NCBI RefSeq assembly: GCF_963506605.1
Contig: NC_083288.1
Span: 39,928,001-39,992,000 of the forward strand
From: Zootoca vivipara
Lineage: Eukaryota
DNA: 64,000 nt
Reading direction: 5' to 3'
Shown: piece after piece, positions 1 through 11,332 of the stretch
How the letters are laid out: each line of letters opens with the position of its first letter
How positions within the stretch are numbered: position 1 is the first letter of the stretch
Translations under genes and position numbers: made by a program
The notes under the pieces: model-generated
What the model was told of the DNA's origin: nothing
The model's database searches: none
Seen by the model: the letters and a program-made list of their open reading frames with translations, nothing else

Positions 1-3000
1 GAGGTTGGGGTAGGCCTTGCTGCACAGCGAGCAAGCAAAGTGCCCCGTCTTGTGGCTCTTCTGGTGGTTCAGCAGGCTACCCGCGTGGCGGTACGTGCGC
101 CCGCACTCTCCACACCGGTAAGGGCGCTCTTCGGGGTCCGGGCGGCGCTTGGTGGCGCTGCCGAGAGAGTGGGCCGAATTGACCCCCTTGCCCGCTCGCT
201 TGGCATGAGCGGACCTCCGGGGAGGGTGGGAGGAGGAGAGGTCCCGCTTCCGGTCGCGGTGGACGTGCTGGTGGCTGGCCAGCTGCTTCTGGAGCCGGAA
301 GGCCTTGGGGCACTCGGGGCAGTGGTAGCGTTTGGTTTCGAAGTGGGTGCGGTTGTGGTTCTTGAGGGCCATGAGGTTGAAGAACTGCTTCTGGCAGGTG
401 CCACAATGGAACAGGCCGGTCTTGTGTGTCTGTTTGTGGTTGATCAGGCTGCCTGCATGCTTGTAGCTCCGCTCGCAAATGTCACACTGGAAGGGGCGCT
501 CCAAAGGAGAGCCCTCCTCTTCAGCAGACGGACCACCGTTTTCTTCTCCCTCCTCTTTCCCAACCTCTTGGTCAAAATGCGGAGCCCGGTGGGCCTCCAA
601 GCCAGCTAGTCCCTCACAGGCCTCCCTGCAGACACCATACGCTTGCATATCTCTCTTCTCAGACTGGCCAGCGGCCAATGCTTCCTGTCCCAATTTTTCC
701 TCCACAACGGGAGATGGGAGAGGGGAGGAGGAAGTGTTTGGTAGATCTTCCCCCTTTTGCAGCGCCACACCCCTCCCTTCAAGGGACTCCTCCTTCGGCG
801 CCTCACAAACAACAGGTGGGTCCCCTGCTCCTGCAGGGTCTGGTTGCCGGAGTTCCGGCACGCTGCCGTTCAGCTTACATCTTGGGTGGTTCCGGAGGTG
901 GTTCCGGTAGGCAGACAGATTGGGGTACTGCCGGCAGCAGAAGCCACACTGGTAATCTCCAATCTGGTGGATCTTCTTGTGATTGACCAAGCTGCCACCG
1001 TGCCGGTAAGTTTTGCCGCACTGACCGCAGGCGTAAGGCCGGCTGTCCAGGGGTTCGACGGCAGCAGCCGGTACTTCTGCTGGGGGCAGAGGTTCCTGTT
1101 CCTCCTCCAGGCGTGGGGCTCGTCGGATCTGGATCGAAGTGTCAGCCAAGGCAGCGGCCTTCTCCTCCTGGTGCCCTTCGCTGTGTTCTTCCAAGCTGGC
1201 CATATCGTCAAACGTCTGGCCACAATAGCCACAGATGTGAGAGAGGAGCTGCTCCTCTTCCTGGTCACCTACCCTGTCCAGCCGTTCGTCCGCTTCCCTT
1301 TCGAGCACCGCCTCCTGCTCCTCCCCCTGGTTTTCGCCCTCTTCATGCAGGAGGCTGTGATGGTGCTCGAGGTCCTCCTCGCTGGGGAAGATCATGCCAC
1401 AGAGGCTGCAGAGAAAGGGCTGCTCTTCGGCACTGCCATCCCCACCCGGGCTGCCCCAGCCAGACGCTGTGGCTTTGGTGTGACCGTGGAAGTGGTTTTT
1501 CAAAGCCAGAAGACTGGAATACTCCTTGGGGCAGAGGGAGCACTGGTAGATGCCAAGCTGGTGGGTCTCCTTATGACTCATCAAGCTGCTCACCTGGTTG
1601 AAGCCGAGCCCACACTGCTCACAGAGGTAGGGGAGCACCTCAACGTCACCAGGCAATGGCGAGGGGGCCTTTGATTGGGACGGCCAGCCGTTCACGGCAG
1701 CGCCTTCTTCTAGAATGCCGTAGGTATCCTGGAACTCGTCGCCTGAGAACAATGCCCCAGGCACAGTGGCTCCGTCTTCGGCATCCTCCTCCTCGTTCGT
1801 AGCCACGGCAACCTCCGATGGTCCCCTCCGAGGCCTCTGATGCCCGCGCAAGTGGCTCTTCAGGGAGGCGACATTCTGGAAGTGCTTCCCGCAAAGCGAG
1901 CAGCTGAAGTCGCCCGTCTGGTGAGTCTGCTTGTGGTTGATGAGGCTCCCTGAGTGCCGGTATGACTTGCCGCACTGATCGCACCCGTACAGCCGCTGGA
2001 TGGGCGACTCGGGCCTCTCGGCTGTCCCTTCGGACCACTCCCCTTCGCTCCTGTGCTGGAGGGTGTGATTCTGTAGTCCGTCCATGCTGGCAAAGGTCAT
2101 CCCGCATTGGGGGCAGGCATGCGCCACCTCAGAGGAAGGCAGGACGTCCTCGGCAACAGCTGCCCCGTTCTCCAGAGCTTCCACATCCTGCCTGATAGCC
2201 TGGAGGAGATCAGCTTCCTGCGGGTGAAAGACCCCCAGTCTGGGGACCGCCGCCACCTCTATGTCTTCCGTACACGGCAGGTGGCGCAGCTGATGGAGCT
2301 GGAACTCGGCCTCCTCCTCGAAGCACTCCCCACAGCTGCTGCATGTCAAGCCACCCCCTTGCTCCTGGCTGCGCAGGCGGGCTGCCCGCAGATGCACGCG
2401 GACGTGATTCCGGAGCGCCATGAGGTTGGAGTACTGCTTGGGGCAGATGGAGCACTGGAAGACCCCGGTCTGGTGGGTGTGGCGGTGGTTCACAAGGCTG
2501 CCGCGGTGCCGGTAACTCCTCCCACAGTCCGTGCACCGGTACGGCCGCTCTTCATCTCCGGTGCCTCTTTCCTCCTCTTCCTTTGGACAGGAGGCTCCTC
2601 TCCAGGCTTCCGGTGGCTGTGGATGGCAGTCCCCGGAGTCCCCAGGGCTGTCCTCCAGTTTTGGTGGGCCCGGGAGGCCAGCTGCATGCTGGGAAGCCTC
2701 TTCCGGAGCCGACAAACCAAGCTTGGACTTGAGGTGGACCCGCAAGTGGTTTTTCAAGGCAGCCAAGTTGTACAGCTGCTTCGAGCAGATGCTGCAGCTA
2801 TACACCCCGGTTTGGTGGCTCTTCTTGTGATTGATGAGGCTCCCTGCGTGCCGGTAAGTCCTGCCACAATCTCCACAGCGAAAAGGCCGCTCTTCGAACG
2901 CGGCGGAGCCACCCTCTCCTTTCAAACTTGCTTCCCATGCTCCATTGGAGCCAGGCGCCAGTGGCAAGGGACTGCGGCCTTCCTCCTCCTCTTCTTCGTC

Positions 3001-4116
3001 AGCTTCCTCTGGATAGAGGCAGCTGTGCCCCTTTAGCTCCTCATCGTCGCCAAAAGCCCCGCCGCAGCGGACACAGAGCTCCCCGTCCGGGTTGCAGCGC
3101 TCGCCGCCCCCTGCTTTGGAAGCGTCTTTCAGGCTGCAGGGGGCGCTGTCTCCAAAGTGTGTTGTTCCTGCCGGCGGGGGCTGGTAGATGTCCAGTTTCG
3201 CCGAGGTCTCTATGGAGTCCTCCTCCCACAGACCCTGCTCTGAGCTTTCCCAGGCCGGCAGGCCCGCTGCCTGGCTTGGGTCCTCGTCATGGGCTTTCTG
3301 GTGGCTCAGCAGTTCGGAGGGGAGTCGGAAGGCCTTGTGGCAGAAGCGGCACTTGTAGGGCCGGTACTCCGAGTGGAGGCGAGTGTGGCTCTTGAGAGCC
3401 ATGAGGTTGGAGAACTCCTTGTGGCACATGCCACACTGGTACACGCCCAGCGTGTGGCTCTGCTTGTGGTTGGTCAGGCTGCCAGCGTGCTTGTAGGCTT
3501 TGTCGCACTGGTTGCACTTGAAGCGGCGCTCGTCCGCAGCAGCAGCCTGGAGCCCCGCCTCTTCCTCCTCCTCCTCCTCCCCCATCGGGAGTGGCTCCTC
3601 TGTCTCCGCTTCCCCCCGGACAGGGAACTCCAGCTGAGAAAAGTCAGCCGGCACCACCGACTCGGCGATGTACTTCTCTAGGTTGCTCAGCAAGCTCCCG
3701 CTGCTGCCTTCCATCCCGGAAAAAGTATCGGCGTCCGACGAAGATGTGTCCTGGCTCCTATGGAAGGCGTAGCTCCCGCCATTGCAGCCCTCTTCCCCCT
3801 CCTGGTCCCGGGCAGCACGAGCCAGGCAGTGGTGGCCAGTAAGCTGGGAGAAGGCCCGGAAGCTGCACCCACAGTCCCGGCACTTGTAGCGCTTCTCCTC
3901 GGTGTGGGTGCGCAGGTGGCTCTTGAGAGCCATGGGGTTGGAGAAGTCCTTGTGGCACAGCAGGCAGCAGAAGAGGCCCACCTCATGGGTGCGCCGGTGG
4001 TTCACCAGGCTGCCGGCGTGGCGGTAGCTCCGTGGGCACTGCTTGCACTTGTACGGACGCTCCTCCTGCCCGCTGGCGGGCTGCTCGCAGGTCAGGGCGG
4101 CGTCCCCCTCAGCCAT
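1..4116 (-). CDS. ZNF646: Zinc finger protein 646, large coding exon (partial; runs off the left edge)
   Basis: ATG at 4116 opens MAEGDAALTCEQPASGQEERPYKCKQCPRSYRHAGSLVNHRRTHEVGLFCCLLCHKDFSNPMALKSHLRTH, matching the recalled ZNF646 motif YRHxGSLVNHRRTH...FSNPMALKSH. The same frame at position 1 still reads FACSLCSKAYPNL. Absent from the ORF track, consistent with having no stop in the window. Splice acceptor (tgtgtccgtag|g) puts the exon start at 4248. Head-to-head with ZNF668 as in human. Confidence 0.95.
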   Translation of the reverse strand, partial: MAEGDAALTCEQPASGQEERPYKCKQCPRSYRHAGSLVNHRRTHEVGLFCCLLCHKDFSNPMALKSHLRTHTEEKRYKCRDCGCSFRAFSQLTGHHCLARAARDQEGEEGCNGGSYAFHRSQDTSSSDADTFSGMEGSSGSLLSNLEKYIAESVVPADFSQLEFPVRGEAETEEPLPMGEEEEEEEAGLQAAAADERRFKCNQCDKAYKHAGSLTNHKQSHTLGVYQCGMCHKEFSNLMALKSHTRLHSEYRPYKCRFCHKAFRLPSELLSHQKAHDEDPSQAAGLPAWESSEQGLWEEDSIETSAKLDIYQPPPAGTTHFGDSAPCSLKDASKAGGGERCNPDGELCVRCGGAFGDDEELKGHSCLYPEEADEEEEEEGRSPLPLAPGSNGAWEASLKGEGGSAAFEERPFRCGDCGRTYRHAGSLINHKKSHQTGVYSCSICSKQLYNLAALKNHLRVHLKSKLGLSAPEEASQHAAGLPGPPKLEDSPGDSGDCHPQPPEAWRGASCPKEEEERGTGDEERPYRCTDCGRSYRHRGSLVNHRHTHQTGVFQCSICPKQYSNLMALRNHVRVHLRAARLRSQEQGGGLTCSSCGECFEEEAEFQLHQLRHLPCTEDIEVAAVPRLGVFHPQEADLLQAIRQDVEALENGAAVAEDVLPSSEVAHACPQCGMTFASMDGLQNHTLQHRSEGEWSEGTAERPESPIQRLYGCDQCGKSYRHSGSLINHKQTHQTGDFSCSLCGKHFQNVASLKSHLRGHQRPRRGPSEVAVATNEEEDAEDGATVPGALFSGDEFQDTYGILEEGAAVNGWPSQSKAPSPLPGDVEVLPYLCEQCGLGFNQVSSLMSHKETHQLGIYQCSLCPKEYSSLLALKNHFHGHTKATASGWGSPGGDGSAEEQPFLCSLCGMIFPSEEDLEHHHSLLHEEGENQGEEQEAVLEREADERLDRVGDQEEEQLLSHICGYCGQTFDDMASLEEHSEGHQEEKAAALADTSIQIRRAPRLEEEQEPLPPAEVPAAAVEPLDSRPYACGQCGKTYRHGGSLVNHKKIHQIGDYQCGFCCRQYPNLSAYRNHLRNHPRCKLNGSVPELRQPDPAGAGDPPVVCEAPKEESLEGRGVALQKGEDLPNTSSSPLPSPVVEEKLGQEALAAGQSEKRDMQAYGVCREACEGLAGLEAHRAPHFDQEVGKEEGEENGGPSAEEEGSPLERPFQCDICERSYKHAGSLINHKQTHKTGLFHCGTCQKQFFNLMALKNHNRTHFETKRYHCPECPKAFRLQKQLASHQHVHRDRKRDLSSSHPPRRSAHAKRAGKGVNSAHSLGSATKRRPDPEERPYRCGECGRTYRHAGSLLNHQKSHKTGHFACSLCSKAYPNL

Positions 4117-4151
4117 TGCTCACATAAGAAGGCGGCGCTCTGCCCACTTCT

Positions 4152-4196
4152 TTAAAGAGGAAGCCCTGGGTGCTCTGGGGTGCAGCACGGTCCCAT
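4152..4196 (-). promoter_or_regulatory. uORF (MGPCCTPEHPGLPL*) in ZNF646 5' UTR
   Basis: ATG at 4196 and TAA at 4154-4152, between the acceptor (4248) and the main ATG (4116). Confidence 0.55.
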
Positions 4197-4376
4197 AGTG
4201 TGGTCTCGGGGTCCCGTTTTTCTCCCCCAAGCGCTCCGAAGCCAAAACCTACGGACACAAGGCAAGGACAGAATAGATGAGAAAACCTGGTTGAGCAAGT
4301 TGAGGTTCATTGCAACTGGAAAAGTGGGGAAATAGCACATATCCTGCAGATCAGATATGCCTACATCAACCTAGAT

Positions 4377-5176
4377 CAGTGGTTTTTAACCCATGTGCCG
4401 TGGCACCCTGGGGTGCCTTGAAGGATGGCCAGGGGTGCCACAAGCAGCACTGGCCTCTGTCCCTCTTCCCTCCCTTCCTCTCGTGTCTCTGCCTCTGAAA
4501 GGCTAGCCCTGGCGACAAGCTCTCCAGGCGAATGGTGCCTCTGGGGCTGGCCAGGGGGTGCTGGTTGCCAGGAGCTGAGGTAGCCTCAGGGTAAGCAAGC
4601 AAACAAATGGGTGAGAGAGCCTAGCCAGCCAGTCCGCCAGCTCTTGCTGTTGGGAATGGACGGACAAGTGGGAAGCCGACAGGCAGGCACCGCGCTGGCC
4701 TTTCTTATGCTTGCTGTGTGAAAGGCCTGCCTAGGAGCTGAGTGCCTGGTGCTGAAGCGAAGCCCTTCCATCATGCAGGCCTGGCAGCGCCTGCTGCCGC
4801 CACTGCTGCCTCCCAAGGTAAGGAGCTGGCCTCATGTTCACCTTTGGCCAGTCTCCATTGGGCCACTAAGGCTGCGGGCATCCTCTTCCCAGGTCCCTGT
4901 GGGCCAGTGTGAGGAGGCAGCTCTCTTTGGGGCAGGGGAGGCAGCTCAGAGACCAGAGGCGGCAGCTGCAGCTGCCCAGAGCACTCCCAAGGAGAGAGGA
5001 GTGGAGAGGAGGCTGAGGGAATAATCCAGAAGGGAAGGTCTTCCAAAAAGGGTGAGAGGCTGCCAGCTTTTCAGGCAAGGGGTGACATAACTGGGCTCCT
5101 TAGCCCAACTGGGGTGCCACAGAAAGGGTGTAGTTCGTCAAGGGAGCCGTGAACTCAAAAGGGTTGAAAACCTCTG
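4377..5176. mobile_element. Non-autonomous hAT DNA transposon (~800 bp)
   Basis: Imperfect TIRs CAGTGGTTTTTAACC / GGTTGAAAACCTCTG; 8-bp TSD acctagat/gcctagat (7/8 match). Confidence 0.8.
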
Positions 5177-5779
5177 GCCTAGATGATTCCTCCCAACCCT
5201 CTTTCATTCCCCTCGCCCAGGGAGTTAGGAGCGCAAGTCAATGCCTTATAGTATATGCTTCTGGGATTTGCCTGCGAAACACTCAGACGTCAAGCGTCTC
5301 CTCCCAGACTGGTGCTGGTGGCAGCTGTCATCCAAAACATCTGGAGGGGCACCAGGTTGGGGAAGGTTGGAATAGTCTACACTGGGAGCCTGTGGTCCTC
5401 TAGATGTCCTTGGACAAAACTCCCATTCTCCCTGCCCATTGGATGGAGTTGAGGGGAGATGGACTTCAAAACTTCTGGTTGGGTTCAAGCTACCCATGCC
5501 TGGTCTACACAGATGGCGAGGGGCACCTGTGTATCTGCAGAACTACTCTTTCAAAGCAGAAGGTCTCAGCTTCAATTCCCCAATGGCTCCAGTTTTGTGG
5601 ATTTTTTTGTTTAAGGATCCAACAGTATAGGGAAAGATATCCCAAGATCCCAGAGAGTTGCTGCCAATCAGAGTAGACACCACTGGGGTAGACTGATCAA
5701 CAGTCAGATACGGGCACAATCAGCCTCCCATGTGCCTAGGCAGGCAGGCCAATGGTCAGACTCAATGAGACAGCTTAAG

Positions 5780-7010
5780 GTTCCGGTTTCCGCCTGCAGG
5801 AATGGCGGACCTGTTTTCCATCTCTCTGACCTTTGTAAGGAATTTGGCGGTTGCTAGGGGAGTAAATGGCAACCCCCTACCCTCTCCGGGGGTTACGGAG
5901 AGGGGCCGCTGGCCCGCGATGCCCCCAGACCCACTCCGACTGTTTTTGGAGTGGGGGGAGCTTGGGCTGAGCACTTACAAGGGCCAGGACTCCCGGACGC
6001 TAATCTGCATGGCGGGGATTTCCATGGTTAAAGAAGATAATTAGGCTTAAATCTATGGACATACTTCAGAAGGAGGGAAAGAAGCGCTGTTTACTGCTGA
6101 GAAATTTATGCTGCCGAGTGAGAGGAGTCAAAGATTGTACTGCATCTGGAAGAAGGATTGATGGGGACGGAGCGATAAGGGGAGTGAGTTTTTATTTTAT
6201 TTTTTTTCTTCATATTGTTGCCTCGTACCTTCCCGGACGCGATGTCCTGGCTTGTTTGGAGTGAAAGAGAAGCAAAAGACTGTGTGAGTTGAACCTTATA
6301 ACTGTTGTTACTGAGCATATTTTTTTAAAGATGTGGAGTTGCCGATGAGAAAAGCCCCCCCCTAGTCGGACGGAAGGAGTTCTGAATGCGTTCGGAGGAT
6401 TTATGAGCTGTGACGCACTTTAAATTGGAGCAGCGACCTGAAGCTAAGTTCAGCTATAGGGCAAGGAGATCCATTAATTTACCAAGAGTCTATGGTTTGA
6501 TGTTTGGGTCTCCTGCCTGGAAAAGCTGTAAATTCTATAATGATCGTAAATCTTCATGGCTAAAAGCGAAAGTGATTTGAGCTTTTTAAGATGGCGCTAC
6601 TTCGAATTGCTTCAACGCAACAGGAGCTCCATTAAGAAGATTTATGGGGAGGCTGGACTGATTAACTCACACAGGAGAAAGAACATCTGTGAGACTTTGT
6701 TTGATATTTATATCAGCAGCTGGGAAACAATCGTGAAAGTGGAAAACATCTATGTGACTGTAAGGGGAGGATCTGGATTATTATGAACTTGAAGGACGAT
6801 TTGAACTTTAGAAAAAAGACGGCAGTGGACAGTTGCGAGGAATTCCCAATTTCTTGAAGCATGGGAACCCAAATAAAAAATTCTTTAGATGATTTGGCAT
6901 AACATTCGGTCTGATTGATATATATATGTGTATAATTTGAAATATTGAATGTGATATAATTGGTTTTAATTGGAAAATTAATAAAAATATTTAAAAAAAA
7001 AAAAAAAAAA
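5780..7010 (+). mobile_element. Non-autonomous L1-like retroelement, 1.23 kb
   Basis: Perfect 13-bp TSD gagacagcttaag (5767-5779, 7011-7023); AATAAA followed by a pure poly(A) tail; CpG-rich 5' end with an ATGGCGG motif; no long ORF. Confidence 0.85.
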
Positions 7011-7993
7011 GAGACAGCTTAAGAAACACAAGTAATCCATGCTTCAGTGCAAGAGACTCACTTTGGCCAGGGCTGATATCAGCACCCAATGTCCTCAGGC
7101 TGCTCTGGGTCTCCCATTAAAAAAATTAGTATTAATCTTTGAGCCCCCACTTTAATTTCCCAGTATGTCCACTTATAACAGTACTCCAAGTATCCATTGG
7201 AAAACTTAAATTGCTTCCAGGGCAGCCTGCTAAAGGGTACTTTTCTCAGGGTCCCCTCAAACCCAGCATTGGTGTGGCTCAAAATTTCAGAAGAAATTTG
7301 CCTTCTGGTGCTATGAATATACAAATTCTCTTAGCCATATGGTTGGCCACTGTGAGAGAACAGGATGCTGGACTAGATATGGAATTCCCTCCCCGACAGA
7401 GGTGCACTTGTGCTATATAGCTGCAGGCAAAAGCTAAAGACACACCTCTTTACCCTGGCCTTTGACACCTGGTCTTCAGGAACCACCCTATTCCTGTGGC
7501 TGGAATTTGTTTTAACTGTTATTAATAACTGAATTTTAAATGGTTGTAACCTGCCAACGGGTGACAACATAACCTGCTGGTGAAGAGCAGGTAATAACAA
7601 CAAGAATAATAATAATAGATGTTGGAATAGGTGGTCCAGCAAAGCTCTTCGAATGGGTCTAGGTCTGCAAATCTACCTTGTATTCAACATTTAATTTCAT
7701 GCAGGTGAGGAAGGACGCTGCTAGAGGAAACAGAGGACACCCTCTCCCTTCCGCCATAGGGAAGTCTCTGCCTCCCATAAGCAGCACAGAAACATCACAG
7801 AGTGGCAAAGGGTGGGGGTGTTTACTAAAAGGCTTCTCTTTTTTTTTTAAAAAAACCAAACTTAGTAACAGGCTACTTTCCATGATAGCCATAAAGAAGA
7901 GGGTCTTCTGTGGCCACTGTGGAAATTCAGTTAGTTAGCTAATTAAATTTCTATACCACTCTTCACCTGAGGATAACAGGGCATTTTACAATA

Positions 7994-8237
7994 CAGTGGT
8001 ACCTTGGTTCTCGAACTTAATCTGTTCCGGGAATCCGTTCAACATCCGAAACCGTTCTAAAACCAAGGCGCGGCTTCCGGTTGGCTGCAGGAGCTTCCTG
8101 CACTCAAGCGGAAGCCGCGTCAAGACGTTCAGCTTTCGAAAAACGTTTGCAAGCTGGAACATTCACTTCCGGGTTTGCGGCATCCGAGAGCCGATTTGTT
8201 TGGCAACTAAAGCCATTCGAGAACTAAGGTACCACTG
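7994..8237. mobile_element. Tc1/mariner (Tigger-like) MITE
   Basis: TIRs CAGTGGTACCTT / AAGGTACCACTG flanked by TA on both sides. Confidence 0.85.
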
Positions 8238-9100
8238 TATATAGTATACAGATATGCAGGCTAATTTTGTAAACTGGCAAATTTTGTGGCCTTCTTTATC
8301 GGGCTACTGTAACTTCACATTCCAGTTACAGAAAGTGATACAAAGAGCAGAATTCAGCATCCTGAAAGCTTTGGACTTTTATTAATTATTAAAATGAATG
8401 AAGCCTTTATATTTGAAGGCAGTACACCACTGATTACCAGTTGCTTGAGAAAAGTGTTCCCATGCAGGATTCCTGGAACTCTAGTAGCAGAATTCCTATT
8501 CTTTACACATTGGCTGCACTTGGATGTCATTGTAAAGCATGGTTTACTGTGACAGAACATAGGTCTCTTGAACTCCCTTGCCCCTCATTTGTCTAACACG
8601 GTCACAAGGAGGAGTTTGCAAACTCTCACTTTTATTTTTTATTCATCAGAGCTTGTTGCGCTGTCAAAGCCCTCTAAAAATGTGGGTGAATTTAACTATG
8701 ATTTGTTTGAAAAAAGCCAGCTTCAAGCCATGGGTTTGTAAACATTAACCACAGTTTAGAATTCAGACAAAACACTATAGTTTTCTGAAAAACAGAAGTG
8801 AAAGGTGCTATGGGCATCTTATATGGAAAGGAAAGGCATAGGTGTACTCACTCAATCAATCAACTCATGTCCTGATTTCATCCTCACAACCAAACTGGTG
8901 TGGGTAGGGGTGTGCAACCATTGGTTATCGTGACAGGAGGTGGCTGAAAGGAGCATTTGTTTCACATGACGGAAACTCTTTAACTCGCCTCCCATCCAGT
9001 TAATAAAGGGTTGGGACAGTTGCAGGCAGGAATTGGCCAAGAGGATTTCTACCATGCTATCCAAAGGCAGCCATTGCCATCTGATGAAACCCTCTGCCGC

Positions 9101-9200
9101 AGTCAGCTCAGTTGCTTTAAGTGTGGTGCTGATAATGCCAAGGTTGTGGGTTTGATCCCCATATGGGCCAAGCTGCATATTCCTGCATAGCAGCGAGTTG
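9101..9200 (+). mobile_element. tRNA-Ile-derived SINE head (degenerate)
   Basis: agctcagttg...gtggtgctgataatgccaaggttgtgggtttgatccccatatgggcca resembles tRNA-Ile and continues into gctgcatattcctgca; related copy at 54111-54333. Confidence 0.65.
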
Positions 9201-9886
9201 TGGAGCCTTCAGCTACAGAGACAGACTACCTTGGAATTCCACAATACGGAGAAATCTCCTAATTAGTCTCATGGCCTCAGAGGCTGGCCTTCCAGACTGC
9301 TTTGGGCAAACCACATTCCAAGGTCTGGCATGACGTCAGGCAAGGGAAAGTTCAAGCTGCAGCTAAAGGGAAGAACAACTGAATTCAAGCCAAGGAATCA
9401 AAGGAACATTTTCCCTTTTCAAGCCATGTCCTGATTCAAGTTCGACAGCAAATCTTCCTTTGCACAAGCCAGGTTACTCCCAATTATTTCCTTTGAATTT
9501 GTCACCTAATGAGTGACCTGTTAGGGGCTCATGCGGGGCAGAGGAGGTTAGGATCTGGCCTTCCTGTCTTCACATAATAGAACTATAATGGATCCAAACA
9601 AACAGGACCTGGGAATCCAGGACTCTATCCCCATCTCTGTTAGGAAAGTAGTGAGGCTGAATAATGTGCTAGGTGTTTTCCATACCTATGAAAGCAGAAT
9701 GGTGAAGATGGGAGATTTTACCCAGGGGTGCAGTAAAGCATGCAAGCCAAAAAACTGCCTTTTAAACATACCTTTCTGCAGACTGCACAAACAGATAAGC
9801 TCTGTTTTTGCAAAAACAAGGATAGGTCACACAAAGGTTAAAGTGTAGGACTCCAGACACATTTACAAAGAAGGTTGCTTTCTTAC

Positions 9887-9929
9887 CTCTCAGATCACAC
9901 TGAGCATCCCAGCTGAGCACCGCACTTCT
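9887..9929 (-). other. Candidate small non-coding 5'-UTR exon of ZNF646
   Basis: Minus-strand acceptor ttacttctcatgttag| and donor gag|gtaaga flank 43 nt. Confidence 0.4.
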
Positions 9930-11332
9930 CTAACATGAGAAGTAAACAGAAGGCAGGGAATAAAGTCCAGGAGACTGGCATGTTGAACTGTGCTTAAAAT
10001 AAAAATAATACGAGAGTGGGAAGTGACTTTTCTAAATTGGGACAGGTAGTTTCACATGGTTTAAGCCACTAAATATATTGCTTGGATTTTCCATAAGGAA
10101 AGGGAAATGTACAGATCTTCAGGATGCAGGAGAGTCTGATTTTCAGTTCAAGACATATTAACGGAACAAGTACCTTGAGTGTACAGGGACTAGTATTCAG
10201 ACCTCAAAATGCTATGTTCAAGTAGAGATTCCAGATTCACAATGGGTCTGAATACCAAACTTAAAAGTACAGATGGAAATCTCAGGCTCTTCACATCAGG
10301 TAGCTTCAAGTACTGCAGGTCCCCAGGTGGAGATATTGAAACATTGTTTCATAAGAGTTCAAACCACATGCTCCGTCGGAGAGGCAGCATTTTGTGGGGA
10401 GATTCGACACCTAGATCACCCAGGAGTCAGGGAGAGCAGCTAGCATCTGTCTGTATTTACTCCAGGACCTCTAAGGCATGAGGGATGAAAGCTCCCAGGG
10501 AGGCTGGACCTGCGAGGTCACAGGGAGAGGCAGTGGTCAGCAATTATACTTCAGGAAAGGGAGAAGGCAGCAAACCCTCGGGATTCTGGGTGCAGGCTGA
10601 GGATATGGGGTGCCAGGTCTTCTTCTTCCAGCTGTAGGGGACAAGCAGAAGAACTCCAGAGTCCACTCAGGATCCAGCCATGAGGTAGAAGAGACGCCCC
10701 ACGTAGTTGCCTCAGTTTCCTGGAAGACAAACGCACACAGTTCTCTTCCTCGTCCTCCCAAGGGGCGATGGGCGAGTTTGCTCGAGGCAAGCGAGGAGAA
10801 GCGAAACGTGGGAGGGGAACTCCTGCTGCTGCCCAGCCCCTTTGGAGCCCCCAGGAGCAAAAGCTGGCCCTTCAGGCGCCCCCTACTTCTCCCCGAGGCG
10901 CCTCACTCGAAGGGGCCGGCACTCCAGAAAACCTCCTTCCTTAAGAGCTGAGGATTTGGATTCGAAGAAGTCACAGAGGCTGGGGCAACAACAAATACTT
11001 CCTTTTGTTGCTAGGAAACAGGAAATGTGCACCCGCCAAAGCTCTCCCCCGCCAATCAAGATGGGGCTCCACTTCCGGCGACTTTCTGCCGCCTGCGGTG
11101 GAGAGAAGAGGTGTAACGCCCAAAGTCTTCCCCCGCCAGAACTTGGCACCCACGCAGAGAGATACTCCCTCGAAAAAGAAATGATAATCGGGTAAGCAAA
11201 AAAAGGAGCTACGGCAAACTATTGGTCTTCTGTAGATGCTGAGTGGCGTTGCTGTAGATCTCGGCATCTCCAGGATGAAAACTATCTTCAAACTCTGACT
11301 CTGCGCTGGAAATTAGCTCTTCGTTAAGTTAC

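Noticed and set aside
40-4155. Series of long plus-strand ORFs (189-309 aa)
   Set aside because: Antisense mirrors of the ZNF646 reading frame.
9101-9170. Apparent tRNA-Ile(GAT) genes here and at ~54263-54333
   Set aside because: Broken stems, SINE body sequence directly downstream and no clean Pol III terminator; these are SINE heads.
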